Assembly (NCBI GenBank): GCA_038204995.1
Contig: JBBRCH010000008.1
Span: forward strand, 18,077-82,076
Length of the DNA stretch: 64,000 nt
Source of the DNA: Bacteroidales bacterium
Lineage (GTDB): Bacteria > Bacteroidota > Bacteroidia > Bacteroidales > UBA4417
Reading direction: 5' to 3'
The notes under the pieces were generated by a model. The model ran no database searches. It was not told the DNA's origin and was given only the letters and a program-made list of their open reading frames with translations. How positions within the stretch are numbered: the first letter of the stretch is position 1; every line of letters starts with the position of its first letter. Position numbers and translations under genes: made by a program. This document shows, piece after piece, positions 50,520 through 61,700 of this stretch.

Positions 50520-51327
50520 GGCTTTATAATTAAAGATACATGAGTACAACAGCTTTTTCGATTATAATCTCATGCATCTGAGTTTATTCAGCAATACAAA
50601 CTCCAGTCTCTCAATAATAGTGAGTTATATACTGGACAGAAATAAAAATCTCCCTAAAGTTACAACATTAAAGCCCGTTAATCAACTACTTATACATTTT
50701 TTGATTCAAAATATTCAGAACTCAAAAATGTAGATATTTCAATATTTTCTGCAGACATTGATACAAAAGAGAAAGCGGGTTCATTGAGATAGGGTTACTT
50801 AACGAATTTTTGAGCACCGCTGAATTTGATTTAAAAATCGAAAAACAGGCTGTTGGGCAGGCATAAAAAATAATATGATATAACCCATCTTGTATTTAAT
50901 TCATGTTATCTTGCTTGATTATTTAGTTCAGATAGCCCAATTAAAATATTACAGGTTAATTATTACGGGCCACATGAAAGTTTAATCGGCAGAATGAGAT
51001 CTCCCGATAAATTATTCTTTTTCATTGCAGGCTGATAACCGGTATATCTTGTGTAATTATATTAAGAAGATTAATTCTGAAAAGCTTTAAGATTTATTTA
51101 AAAAGAAATTTACTCACTCTATATTTGATTGAATTATTTACTATATTAGCAACAATATTCATGCATTGTTCAATTTTGGGAAAGTGCGTCTGTTCAAATA
51201 GTTAACGGAAGAAATATCTAATTACAACAAAAAGCCAATACATCTGTTAGAGTACAATTAAGATTAATAATATTAAATACCAGTATCAAAAACCCTAATT
51301 CATTAACGAGTACTAAAAAAAACCATT

Positions 51328-51597
51328 ATGAACAAAACTGATTTAATTGACGTAGTTGCTGAAAGTGCCGGTTTAACAAAGGTTCAAGCAAAAAAAGCTA
51401 TTGATTGCTATCATGAAACCATAGCAGGTGCTTTAAAAAAAGGAAATCGTGTTGAAATCCTGGGATTTGGATCATTTTCAGTTGCAACGAGGGAAGCCAG
51501 AATAGGCCGTAACCCTAAAACAGGCGAAGCTCTAAAAATTAAAGCAAAAACTGTTGCCAAGTTCAAACCAGGCAAAGCTTTATCTGAATCATTATAG
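51328..51597 (+). CDS. hup: DNA-binding protein HU
   Basis: MNKTDLI, GFGSF...R.ARIGRNPKTGE and KFKPGKAL motifs. Confidence 0.96.
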   Translation: MNKTDLIDVVAESAGLTKVQAKKAIDCYHETIAGALKKGNRVEILGFGSFSVATREARIGRNPKTGEALKIKAKTVAKFKPGKALSESL

Positions 51598-51637
51598 TAG
51601 TATTTTTCTTCTGCCGAATTCAGGTAGTAGGCAATTG

Positions 51638-51686
51638 AAAAAGCGTTTGTTGTGACAGCTAAGCTGTCAACAATGAGCGCTTTTTT
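51638..51686 (+). terminator. Rho-independent terminator after HU
   Basis: AAAAAGCGTTTGTTG-TGACAGC-taa-GCTGTCA-ACAATGAGCGCTTTTTT. Confidence 0.85.
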
Positions 51687-51803
51687 ATTTTATTTGAGTC
51701 CCCTACGCTATCCGTTTCACAAGGATTTCGTATTTCTTCCTAAAAAAAAGGGATCAGTAAATACGGTCTGTTATATTTTCTAAAGTTTCTAATTTTACCA
51801 ACC

Positions 51804-52043
51804 TCATTTCCAATCTCCTGTTTTTCGTCCGCAAAACGGGTCAAAGCCTTCGGGCCATCCGAATCCAAGGTTATCCACATCTCCGATCCTGATAATAAAA
51901 TCCGCTTCGGAGGTAGTCTTCAGGGCTACCTGCTGGCTCGGCCAGTCGGTATCGTCAGTTACTGTATTTACCTATGCCTTCAGATTAAAAACAAATACCT
52001 GCATGAAAGCTGAAGTAAGTCGGGCGAAAAAGATCTTTTTCAT
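51804..52043 (-). pseudogene. 5' fragment of an exported-protein gene with an internal stop
   Basis: MKKIFF...NLKA*VNTVTDDTDWPSQQVALKTTSEADFIIRIGDVDNLGFGWPEGFDPFCGRKTGDWK*; TAG at 51972-51974 where Gln is expected after the signal peptide. Confidence 0.65.
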
Positions 52044-52204
52044 AATGCGTCAATTAAATCTAAATAACATATCTATCATATATATATGCTTTTTGATCAA
52101 CCTGTTGACCACTTCCTATTTATATGTCAATTTGCTTTCGAATTATTTCCGGAAACAATAAAAACTTAACAAAAAAAGCTTATCTTTATGACCATAACAA
52201 TCTC

Positions 52205-52795
52205 ATGAATATGTGGAACAATGTAAGGTACCTGTTACCTATCCTGCTTCTGCATGTAAACCTTTCAGCGCAAAATCAGGGAACTCTGAAAGGATTCTAT
52301 GGTACTGTCAATACAGGTCCCGGCATCGTAAATGGCAACATTAAAAATGCCGAAATCCAGACCACTCCGCAATTTGCCATGCATTTCTGTGTTGGTTATT
52401 TTGTCAATAAAACTTTGCAGTTGGGATTAACAGGAAACGGTTGGTTGTTTCAGCCTTATCGCTCAACGCGAACGGAAGAAAAGGGAGAAAGTCTGTCGAA
52501 TTCGATGATTCACGTGCAATTTTACCCCACCACACGATACAGGTTGTTTATAAAAGGTGGTTTCGGGATAAGTAAATATAAAAACAACCGCCCTTTAGAG
52601 GATAATGGCAAAGGTCATGCATTTATGACAGCGTTAGGGTATGAAAAACAAGCCGGCAAAAAAGAATTGCTATTAGGTGGCCAACTTTCTTATTCGAACG
52701 GGAGACTCAGATACGGGGACCTATATACAGCTGCTGACCAATTGCAACGTAAATTCCAGGTTTTTGACTTTACCTTTTTTATAGGACTCGATTGA
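52205..52795 (+). CDS. Outer-membrane beta-barrel-like protein
   Basis: Signal-like N-terminus ending LSA|Q, alternating beta strands (CVGYF, VQFYP, FIKGGFG, ALGYE), ends FTFFIGLD. Confidence 0.7.
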   Translation: MNMWNNVRYLLPILLLHVNLSAQNQGTLKGFYGTVNTGPGIVNGNIKNAEIQTTPQFAMHFCVGYFVNKTLQLGLTGNGWLFQPYRSTRTEEKGESLSNSMIHVQFYPTTRYRLFIKGGFGISKYKNNRPLEDNGKGHAFMTALGYEKQAGKKELLLGGQLSYSNGRLRYGDLYTAADQLQRKFQVFDFTFFIGLD

Positions 52796-52931
52796 AATAT
52801 TCTTTATTCTGAATTAAGGAAACGATTTCAATCATTTTAGTATGAAAATAATATGCATGGGTGTAAGCTATACTTAAAGAAGCCTTAACGTCTCTTGGGG
52901 CAGTTCTATCCAGGTATGTATGCTTTCACTA

Positions 52932-53864
52932 TCATCGTCCTTGTTTAACGTAGGCATCAGGTTCTTTCTGCTTCACTCTTCTCAGAAATAAGAAAGCTTC
53001 TTCTTCTCTTTCGAACGGACCCAGAAAGATCACAATCAGATCAGGCTTAAGCATTGGAAAATCATTCGAAAGCGTGGATGTAACATCAAAACCATAATTC
53101 TTATACTTGATTCCTCTTTCTTCTGCTGCCTTCCTTTCTGTTAAAGGAAAAGCACCAACAATAACCAGCCATTGTGGTTTTTCATTCGCTGATGTAATAT
53201 CAATTGCCGGGTGATCTTCACTCTTCTTAACTTCCCCGTTTTGCGTAAAATCCTGATGAGGAATATTATTTTTATCAATAATTATCCTATCATTTTGAAC
53301 ACTGAAATAAACAACCACCAGAACAATCACCAATACCACAATTGCAATCAGGAGTTTACTGTATTTTGTAATAAATTTCACAGAACCTGATTGTTCTCTT
53401 TTCGTATACGTGTTAATTTCAGGATTATGTGGCTGTGGTTCAGGGGCAGGGTGTGGTTCGGCACTTAGTTCCTTATTCATAAGAAGTTGGGCGATATCTG
53501 CAAAAAGATTATCGATTATCTCTGACGCTTGTCCGAATTTATGGCCAGTCAAATCAGCCGCCTGGATCTCCCTGAAACAGTGAGGTGGCTGGACAGAATC
53601 CAATAAAATCGGAATCAGGATACCACGCTTCTTCCCTTCATCAGCTTCCTCATTCACCCAATCGGAACCGGTAGAGTACTGTGACCAGATGACAACGATA
53701 CAGCGTGCATGCTCAAGGGCATTTCCTATATGGCTACGCCAGGTCTTACCTGCAGGGATTCTGCGGTCCCAGAAAACAGACCAGCCCCGCTTTTCAAGTA
53801 CATTGACAAGTTCTTTGACCCGGTTTACATCCTCGCGGGCATAACTTATAAAAATATCGAACAT
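52932..53864 (-). CDS. TIR domain - transmembrane helix - SPOR-like domain protein
   Basis: TIR motifs DIFISYARED, WSVFWDR.IP.G..W, VVIWS..S..SDWVNEEA, LIPI; TM LLIAIVVLVIVLVVVYF; C-terminus W.VIVGAF...AEE...IFLGPF..EEEA...V....PDAYV. Confidence 0.85.
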   Translation of the reverse strand: MFDIFISYAREDVNRVKELVNVLEKRGWSVFWDRRIPAGKTWRSHIGNALEHARCIVVIWSQYSTGSDWVNEEADEGKKRGILIPILLDSVQPPHCFREIQAADLTGHKFGQASEIIDNLFADIAQLLMNKELSAEPHPAPEPQPHNPEINTYTKREQSGSVKFITKYSKLLIAIVVLVIVLVVVYFSVQNDRIIIDKNNIPHQDFTQNGEVKKSEDHPAIDITSANEKPQWLVIVGAFPLTERKAAEERGIKYKNYGFDVTSTLSNDFPMLKPDLIVIFLGPFEREEEAFLFLRRVKQKEPDAYVKQGR

Positions 53865-54001
53865 AGTCTATTTATTAGATCCATTCCGGGATTAATAAGC
53901 CAAAGAAATTCCATTTCTATAGCCTGCAAATTTCATGACTGGTTAAAGATGTTATCATCTATTCCAGAAGTAGTAAATGAAAAGAAACTGGTCACAAATT
54001 A

Positions 54002-54058
54002 TACCACTGTAGAATTTTAAAACAACCTTTGGCCTGTTATAAATTCACATTGGTATTA
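54002..54058. repeat. Dispersed ~57-bp imperfect palindrome, copy 2
   Basis: TACCACTGTAGAATTTTAAAACAACCTTTGGCCTGTTATAAATTCACATTGGTATTA; differs from copy 1 by 4 substitutions and a 1-bp indel. Confidence 0.85.
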
Positions 54059-54217
54059 CATTCAATGTAAAATTACAAAATTCAAATCCATTAGTCAACT
54101 GAATACTGTGTTTTGCTGAAATCCAGTAAAAGGTTTGCATACCAATCTGCTGCCTTGATGGCGAACAAAATGCATATCTGAGATTAGAAAAAACAGTCTG
54201 GTGACGACTGTAAGGCG

Positions 54218-54250
54218 GAACCCCTTTCTCCACATAGGGAAAAGGGGTTC
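54218..54250 (-). terminator. Hairpin downstream of the PNGase F-like gene (probable terminator)
   Basis: GAACCCCTTTCTCC-acata-GGGAAAAGGGGTTC; no clear U tract. Confidence 0.55.
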
Positions 54251-54279
54251 AGAATCAAAATCTAAAAATTTCTTTGTTT

Positions 54280-56790
54280 TTATTTTACGATCATCTTTTT
54301 CATTTCAGTCCAGTCGGGAGTAACCACTTTCAATAAGTAAATTCCTTTGGAATTTGACGATAAGTCGATACTCATTTTTCGGCCGTCCCAGTCAAATTGT
54401 CTGATCGGCCGGCCTGTATTGTCGAACACCTGTAATATTGCATTCCTGGCTGAAGCAGATGAAAGTACAGAAACTTCAAACTTTCCGGATGTAGGATTCG
54501 GGAAAACATTGAGTACGGAGGATGAAGGCACATATTTTTTTTCGGTGAGAATGAAAATCGGGCTATCCGAAAATGAAACCAGGTTACAGGCAACATCCAA
54601 AGTTGGATTGAATCCATCGTTACAGTCACTGCATGTAACACCTGTAACACAATCCGGATTGTTGGGATGGCACTGATCCATGTATTGTTCATAAAAAATG
54701 TAGCTAAGTTCGATATTCCGACCAGGTACAAAGCCATCCATATCAAAATCGAACCATTGAGCGATAGATCCGGGACACCAGCCTGCACGGTTATATTTAT
54801 AAGTACCGTTTTGTGGCTGACAGCCGTCAGGATTAGGATTACAAACTGTCCAGTTGTGCTGGGTGAAGGTTTTAACTCCATTTACCCACAGATTATGAGT
54901 AGCATTGTAAAATTCAGCAGCATTTCCGGTATTGAGAGTTCCCCAGCCATGGCCGGTTGAAACCAGCTTAAGCTTTGATGCAACGGTATTATCAGGATAG
55001 GTATAGTTAAATGTATCAACTGGTTGTGGACGGGCGTAGTCACCAAAAGGAAATACTTCTTTCCAGACTTGTTTCACCATACTGTATTTATGAGGCGGAA
55101 TTCCCTGCCTGAAATCCAGAGATAAATCATACAGATACCCGTTATCGAGCGTGCTGCAATTTACTCTGAAACTGACTTTTCCCTGTAAAAGTGACATATA
55201 ATCTGTCAAATCTATATCGTGCGAACATGCCACGCCATAAGGAGTTATGTAACGAATAATTTCAAACCAGTTTCCTTCTTTGTCCCTTGCATCAACACTG
55301 GCAACCCTGTCCCATTCGCCACAACCTCCGGTTGGGCAATGCACCTTTAGTGTGGCATTAATCCTGTCGTAAGCGCCAAGGTAGGAAGGAAGTTCTGCAT
55401 CAACAGTAAAAGTACTGACCGTCGGGTTGAGCCAGATATCCTTAAAAGCATCTACCGAAATATCAGTAGCATCAGGCACAACATTAATATTAACATTCTT
55501 AGATCCAACTGCGCCATAATTAGTTGTTGATAAGATTTCAATTGTGTAACTTCCATAGGTGGGAGGAGTCCACCATCCTATAAAATGACCATTATAATAA
55601 TTCTGGGCATCAATGGTTTGCCCGTTAACACGGAACTGAACATGGTCAACATAAAATAATTCAGGGAACGTGATGGTGGATATCACTGCAAGCTGAATCT
55701 GCGAAAGCGAAGGAACATGCACATCGCCTGCGAGAGGATTACGCGCATCAATATCCGGAACATGCCAGTTGGGATTAAGCACGTGAAAACTCTGAATTAC
55801 CGGATCAGCAGGATCATACTGACTGTTGCCAGGCTGTGTTGCTTCCACTACTACCAATCCAGTATCGCCACTGAGTGTAATTGTATTGCCTGCAATGGAT
55901 GCCGGACCAGAAAGTATGTTGAACATCACGTCCAATCCGGAAGTTGCTGTTGCTTCAACCTGAAATGGAGGGGCTGTGTTCAGTTTGTTGGGAATCTGGG
56001 CAAAGGAAATAGCCTGGTATGAGGTATCAAGTGTACCATTGAAATTAGAAGTAGGTCCGATCATAGCAAAATTCAGAAGGTCGGCATCACGTTCGGGAGT
56101 ATAAACCTTTGATATGAGTTTGGTAATGGAAGTATTGTTGCCCCCCGGAACACCCTGGTTAAACTTGTAGTACATCTGCAAGCCAGCTTCGGTGCCAATA
56201 AGTTCATTTGCTATCATATCCTGGATTTCGGCCTGTGTAAGCGCCTTCGACCATGCCGAAACCTCGTCAATACGGCCTCCCCAATAAAAATTAAGTCCTC
56301 CTCCGGCGATACTCCTGCCTATTGCAAAAGGTATGTCTGTAGCTGTGAAATTGCCGCTGGCAGGCTTCGATCCTTTTAAGGTACCGTTTACATACAATTT
56401 AAGAATCGTGCCATCGTAAACCCAGGCAAAATGCTGCCATACCTGCGGTATGATAGTATTGGCAGGGGCAACGAACTCAAATAATGTATTGGCTGAATTA
56501 ATAAACCTGCATTCAATTTTACCATCAGCCAGTTCGATCATGTAAAACCCCTGCGATCCCCGAAATCCCATCATTCCCTGGCCATATTCCAGCTGATCTT
56601 CATAAAACCACCCTGCAATTGTCATTCCGGGTTTGTTGGCAAGATATTGCGATCCGTTTTCGAGAAGCACATGGTCATCAACCTTATCGAAATGCAGGTA
56701 CTGATTGGTCTGGGCTTTTAAGCTGAAGGATGCGGCAAGCATCAGCAGCATCATGATTAACCTTGTATTCATGTAGATTTTCTTCATCAT
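54280..56790 (-). CDS. LamG-like domain + peptide-N-glycosidase F-like domain + T9SS CTD
   Basis: LamG (WQHFAWVYDG..LKLYVNG, GRIDEV.AWS.AL); PNGase F-like CGEWDR, EIIRYITPY, DLTDY, TGHGWG, AAEF, RAGWCPG; CTD VFPNP...GIYLL...KKM. Confidence 0.88.
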   Translation of the reverse strand: MMKKIYMNTRLIMMLLMLAASFSLKAQTNQYLHFDKVDDHVLLENGSQYLANKPGMTIAGWFYEDQLEYGQGMMGFRGSQGFYMIELADGKIECRFINSANTLFEFVAPANTIIPQVWQHFAWVYDGTILKLYVNGTLKGSKPASGNFTATDIPFAIGRSIAGGGLNFYWGGRIDEVSAWSKALTQAEIQDMIANELIGTEAGLQMYYKFNQGVPGGNNTSITKLISKVYTPERDADLLNFAMIGPTSNFNGTLDTSYQAISFAQIPNKLNTAPPFQVEATATSGLDVMFNILSGPASIAGNTITLSGDTGLVVVEATQPGNSQYDPADPVIQSFHVLNPNWHVPDIDARNPLAGDVHVPSLSQIQLAVISTITFPELFYVDHVQFRVNGQTIDAQNYYNGHFIGWWTPPTYGSYTIEILSTTNYGAVGSKNVNINVVPDATDISVDAFKDIWLNPTVSTFTVDAELPSYLGAYDRINATLKVHCPTGGCGEWDRVASVDARDKEGNWFEIIRYITPYGVACSHDIDLTDYMSLLQGKVSFRVNCSTLDNGYLYDLSLDFRQGIPPHKYSMVKQVWKEVFPFGDYARPQPVDTFNYTYPDNTVASKLKLVSTGHGWGTLNTGNAAEFYNATHNLWVNGVKTFTQHNWTVCNPNPDGCQPQNGTYKYNRAGWCPGSIAQWFDFDMDGFVPGRNIELSYIFYEQYMDQCHPNNPDCVTGVTCSDCNDGFNPTLDVACNLVSFSDSPIFILTEKKYVPSSSVLNVFPNPTSGKFEVSVLSSASARNAILQVFDNTGRPIRQFDWDGRKMSIDLSSNSKGIYLLKVVTPDWTEMKKMIVK

Positions 56791-56925
56791 ATTATGTTTT
56801 ATTTGGTTAATATATCTTTTATTGTGAGCAATTCTTTAGTCTCTTAATCTTAATGACAGTTGTGTCATTGTCAGTTCGGAATACGCCTTTTCTGAATAAC
56901 TGGCGTGTAATTCAAAAGATGTCAC

Positions 56926-58539
56926 CTACCAGGGAATCCACCAGATTTTATTTCCCGGTTCCTCTCCGCCTTGCCTGGCTTTTGCCTCGGTCCAGTTCAC
57001 GGTATTATACTGGGTTTCCGAAGGCGGATATGGCATCCTGAAATGGGCTATCACTGCCCCTTCGTGAGGAGTTAAGCCGGTTCGCCTTGCTTCGGCATAA
57101 GCCTCCCAGGGCTGGCGAAATGCATCAATCCATCGTTGAGTATAAATAAAAGCAAGTTTTTCTTCATCAGTTGTAACATTCCATAAGTCGAAACGGGTAA
57201 GAACTGAAACGAAATTTACATCCGGAGGAATAGTAATTTTATCACTGAATCTGGTTCCTGATAAAGGCAGTTTCAAGGTATTGGAAACAGCCATCCACCA
57301 ATTAACAGATGAATTCACTCCATTTGTATACTCAATATCGGCCTGGTTTTTATCGATCGCCACACCCATTCCTCTGAAATAGGCTTCTGCTTTAATAAAG
57401 TGGACTTCGGCCCCGGTCATCAGAATGATTGGCATGAAATTTTCATCCTGAATAATAAAGAAGTTAAACGGAGAGTAATTTACATTGCTTTTTATTTCAT
57501 AGTTATAATCTCTATGGCTGCCATAAGGTAATCCCTGGGACGAAGGTGTGCTTGCATCAGGTATCTGTGGAAATGGTTTCCATTTGCCGGTTTCATCACC
57601 CTCGAAGAAAATAAACGCGCGTGGATCAAAAATTCCGCTTCCGTCAGGATCATCGCTGCTTGAAAACTGATGCCAGATATTGGAACCCATACGCAGCCCG
57701 TTATGCTCGCGGAACGACCAGCTGACACTGTTGTTGGTAAATCCGTTTGCAGCCGGCAACAAGCAGGCGCTTTCGAGCGCTGCGCCTGTAAAATCGTACC
57801 CAATCAGTACAGGCAACTCATTTTCGATAATATCCTTGATTATTCCATCCGCAATTTCGGGCTCTTTACCCGACATACGCATGGCATAACGTAAACGCAT
57901 CGAGTTTGCTAATTTCCGCCACATTTTAAGGTTTCCGTTAAACAACTTGTCGAATGAAGCAAAAGTGGAGAAGGGTTCGACACGCGCCGTTGTATCATTG
58001 ATATTTTCCGCAGCCCATGTAAGGTCATTAAGCAACGAAAGATAAATATCCCGCTGGCTGTCGTATTTCGGATGCAGGTACTTGAGATCCTGAAAACCAT
58101 ATCCGGCTTCTGAATATGGAATATCGCCAAATAAGTCGGTAAGCTTAAATGTTTTATATGCTTTGGTGACCAGGAGCATAGCTTTCATATTGGTAACCGA
58201 AGGGGAAGCCGGATAGGCTTCAAAGCGTTTTTCCAGCTCCCTGACTGATGGGAGAGCCCGATAATAATTTTGCCAGATATCTTCGGTACCTATGGTAAAA
58301 TTCCCCCACGCTGACTGGGTAAGCGCTGCCTGTTGTGTTTGTTTGTAAAGAATTTCGTTATTGATATAAAACTGCTCATTCCCTGTCGGCAAAAGCGACT
58401 GAATCAGGCCGTTAAATATTGATCCGTCGTTGGCCGTTGTAAAACCCTGTGTATTAGTATCAATTACTTTAAAATCCTTTTTACAGGATGCCAGCATCAT
58501 TATAAAGAGAAGTAAAGTATATATAATAGCGGTTTTCAT
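56926..58539 (-). CDS. susD: SusD/RagB-family lipoprotein
   Basis: Lipobox LASC, LTDLFGDIPYSEA, PKYDSQ, WRKLANSMRLRYAMR, AEVHFIKAEA and QRW...RRTG motifs. Confidence 0.92.
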   Translation of the reverse strand: MKTAIIYTLLLFIMMLASCKKDFKVIDTNTQGFTTANDGSIFNGLIQSLLPTGNEQFYINNEILYKQTQQAALTQSAWGNFTIGTEDIWQNYYRALPSVRELEKRFEAYPASPSVTNMKAMLLVTKAYKTFKLTDLFGDIPYSEAGYGFQDLKYLHPKYDSQRDIYLSLLNDLTWAAENINDTTARVEPFSTFASFDKLFNGNLKMWRKLANSMRLRYAMRMSGKEPEIADGIIKDIIENELPVLIGYDFTGAALESACLLPAANGFTNNSVSWSFREHNGLRMGSNIWHQFSSSDDPDGSGIFDPRAFIFFEGDETGKWKPFPQIPDASTPSSQGLPYGSHRDYNYEIKSNVNYSPFNFFIIQDENFMPIILMTGAEVHFIKAEAYFRGMGVAIDKNQADIEYTNGVNSSVNWWMAVSNTLKLPLSGTRFSDKITIPPDVNFVSVLTRFDLWNVTTDEEKLAFIYTQRWIDAFRQPWEAYAEARRTGLTPHEGAVIAHFRMPYPPSETQYNTVNWTEAKARQGGEEPGNKIWWIPW

Positions 58540-58624
58540 GTGTTTTAATTCGTTTTTAAGGTCATTACTCGTCCCGATTTATCGGGATGGAATTACTCAT
58601 TCCATTTATTTTATTAATGGTGTT

Positions 58625-58643
58625 CACTTCGGCAGGCTCAGTG
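58625..58643. repeat. REP-like palindrome in the susC-susD spacer
   Basis: CACTTCGGCAGGCTCAGTG; a second palindrome TCCCGAT-TT-ATCGGGA sits at 58572-58587. Confidence 0.55.
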
Positions 58644-58777
58644 CATCGCGTGCACTAAAGGTTCGCCATAAAGAAGTTTAACAGTATCTTCGGCTAGTAT
58701 TATCGAATCGTGGCTGTTTCATCCTGTTTATTTTTGCTTTGATTAACTCTTTAATTCTGAACCTATCCATTTTTTAT

Positions 58778-61700
58778 TTAAAAATTAACATTAGCACCAA
58801 AAGTGAACGAACGGGTGCCCGGAAAAGAAGCCCATTCAAATCCCTGCGCATTTCCTGATCCGATTACTCCCTCGGGATTAATCTTATCGGGAAGGGTGGT
58901 ATAAATATAAAAAAGGTCGCGACCAACAACTGAAAGCGTCAGGCTTTGGAAAACTTTCATTTTTTTGAGAACATTAGGCGGAAGTTTATAGCTCAAAGAG
59001 ATTTCTCGCATCTTAACCCAGGTATTTTCAAGTATACCGGGTGTAGAAACAAATTTTCCCCATCCACCGGCATTAGGCAGGTATTTGTAGTAATAATGCA
59101 CCACTTTATCGTTGGGTGATCCATCTGCATAAACGCCATCCAGAATTACGCCTACATTACGGACATTCCCTTCGGGATCAGTATAGGGCAAGCCTCCGCC
59201 ATCGCGTTCGAGCAGGGTTTCAGGGCTTTGGCCGGTTTGCAGGGCAATTACATAGGACCCGCAATAAATATCGCCGCCCCATTTGGTATCAACAAGAGCA
59301 TTCAGGCTGAAATTTTTATAAATAATCTCAGAGGTCAGCCCGGCTATAAATTTGGGCGAAGCATTTCCGATCGGAACACGTGTATCCGTTATCAGGTATT
59401 TTGTTCCCTCGTCATTCAATATCCGGTTCCCTTTATCGTCATAAACGTAATCATAACCAGTAATAGTTCCGTATTCATCACCCTCGTAAAGTTCCATAGC
59501 CGGTCCGTTAAGCCCCCATATATCAGCCAGGTGATAGCTATCGGAATAACCGCCCAGGCTGACTATATAATTCCTGTTCCTTGAAAAATTAAGCCCGGCT
59601 TTCACAATCAGTTCATTAGTTTGTACAGGAACAGTGTTAATGATGACTTCATATCCCTTGTTTGATAGTTCGCCTTCATTAATAGTGATGCTCGAGGCAC
59701 CCGAACTCACCGGAACCGGAAGGTTTAATATCTGGTTGAACGAATGCTTGTAGTAATAAGTAAAATCGATATCTATCCTGTTGTCGAATATACCCAGGTT
59801 AATACCAGCTTCATACCCGTTAACAAACTGAGGTTTCAACTCAAAAGGAGGGATAATACCAGGTAAAGAAGATGATTGCTGGCCTCCAAAAAGGTTGGTG
59901 TTATAATAAAAATTCTTCTGGTAGGGTGAAGCACTGTTTGCTGTTTGTGCCAAACCACCTCTGATTTTCAGAAAATACAGCCAGGGGACTTTTTCCTGGA
60001 GTTTGAATGCTTCTGAGGCTATAAAACTAATTGATACTGATGGATAAAAATAGGAGTTATTATTGTCAGGAAGGGTCGAGGACCAGTCGTTTCTTCCTGT
60101 GAGTTCAAGGAAAATAAAATTGTCGTAAGCAAGGTTGAGAAACGAAAACACCGAGTTGGTTCGCTGCTTCAGTATGGCTTCTCCGGGGGCCATCGATCCG
60201 GCTGAGTTTCCAGGATTGACAACTATTGTATTGCCATTTTCATCTGTCGAAAAGGAGTATTCGGTAAAATTAAGGAAAGTGTACATATTTGGATAGTACC
60301 ATGTGCCGGAGTGCCCTGAAATACCGTATGATTCATAATTCCACCTGCTGCTGCCCACTGAAAACCTTGCATTTAGTTTTGACCCTAAAATACCATCTTT
60401 ATGAGCAGTCACCAGGAATTCCATATTGTCGCTGGTCATTTTTGCCAGACTGCTGCTGTAACCTCCGCCTTGAATGCCAATAAAATCAACAGGCTTGTTC
60501 TTCGACATGAACTGTTCGACTGTATAATCGCGTCCAGCCCTTCCCGTGGCACTAAGCCATGAAGTAATATCGTAAATGAGGGCAACGGATCCTGTGTATT
60601 TATCACGATCCTGCCAGGTGTTGTTGTTATAATAGTTCCACCACAGGTGTTTATCAACATACAAAAACGGGTAACCCTCCTCCAGGTTTTGTGTACCATC
60701 AGCTAACTGATAGTTTTGCTTATCAATACCCTGGTAGCTTCGCGGCCACGAATAGAGATATCCTTTGCTGAAAGAATTACCATCCTCACCGATCATCGGG
60801 CTGTTCTGACGGTTAAATTTCACATAAGTCAGAGCGGCATCAGCCTTCAACTTATCCGAAATTTTAATATTGGTACCAAAATTTACTGTTGTACGGTTAT
60901 AATTACTGTTATCGATTATTGGAGTATGATCCTGGCGGGTAAACGACAAACGCAGCGTTCCCTTATCTGTACCTCCCTGCACGGAAACATTATGAGTTTG
61001 TGTGTTCCCGTCGCGAAAAGCCATTTTGAGGTTATCAGGCTGAGGTGAATAATTGCGTATTTCACCATCCCACCATTTTACGTTCTGACCTTTCATTTCG
61101 GGTCCCCACGAAACAGCTGAGCCATAATAGCCAAATTCATCGGAAGTGGATGAAACTTCACCGTCCTGGTTCAGGATAAGTTTGTCAGTTCCATAAATTC
61201 CCGGGTATAAAAGAGTTCCGTCCGCACTAAGCGGGAATCCAGGCTCTGAGAACGTAATCGGGCCCCCGTGCCCGTATTTATTCTGTACCTCCCTATAGCG
61301 ATATGGATGCGTAAGCTTGTAATTGAAATTATAAGTCACGCCAATACCATTCTGCTTTTTGCCGCGTTTGGTTGTAATCAGGATTACGCCATTGGCACCG
61401 CGTTCGCCATACAAAGCTGAGGCTGCACCGCCTTTTAGAACAGTATAATCCTGAATATCAAAAGCATTCAGGTCGGAAATACCATTCCCCCAATCCACAC
61501 CACGGCCAACATCATTAAGGCCTGAAACATTATCCAACGGAACATTATCAACAACAATAAGAGGCTGGTTATTTTTAGCAAGGTTATTATTCCCCCTGAT
61601 TACTATACGCGTTGATCCGCCCTCGACACCATCGCCTTGCGATACCATAACACCGGCAGAACGACCTGCAATTGCACCTATAACATTTGCCGTTGAAGAG

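Noticed and set aside
50550..51320. Long AT-rich intergenic region upstream of HU as a possible origin or sRNA
   Set aside because: No cluster of DnaA boxes, repeats or convincing structure visible by eye
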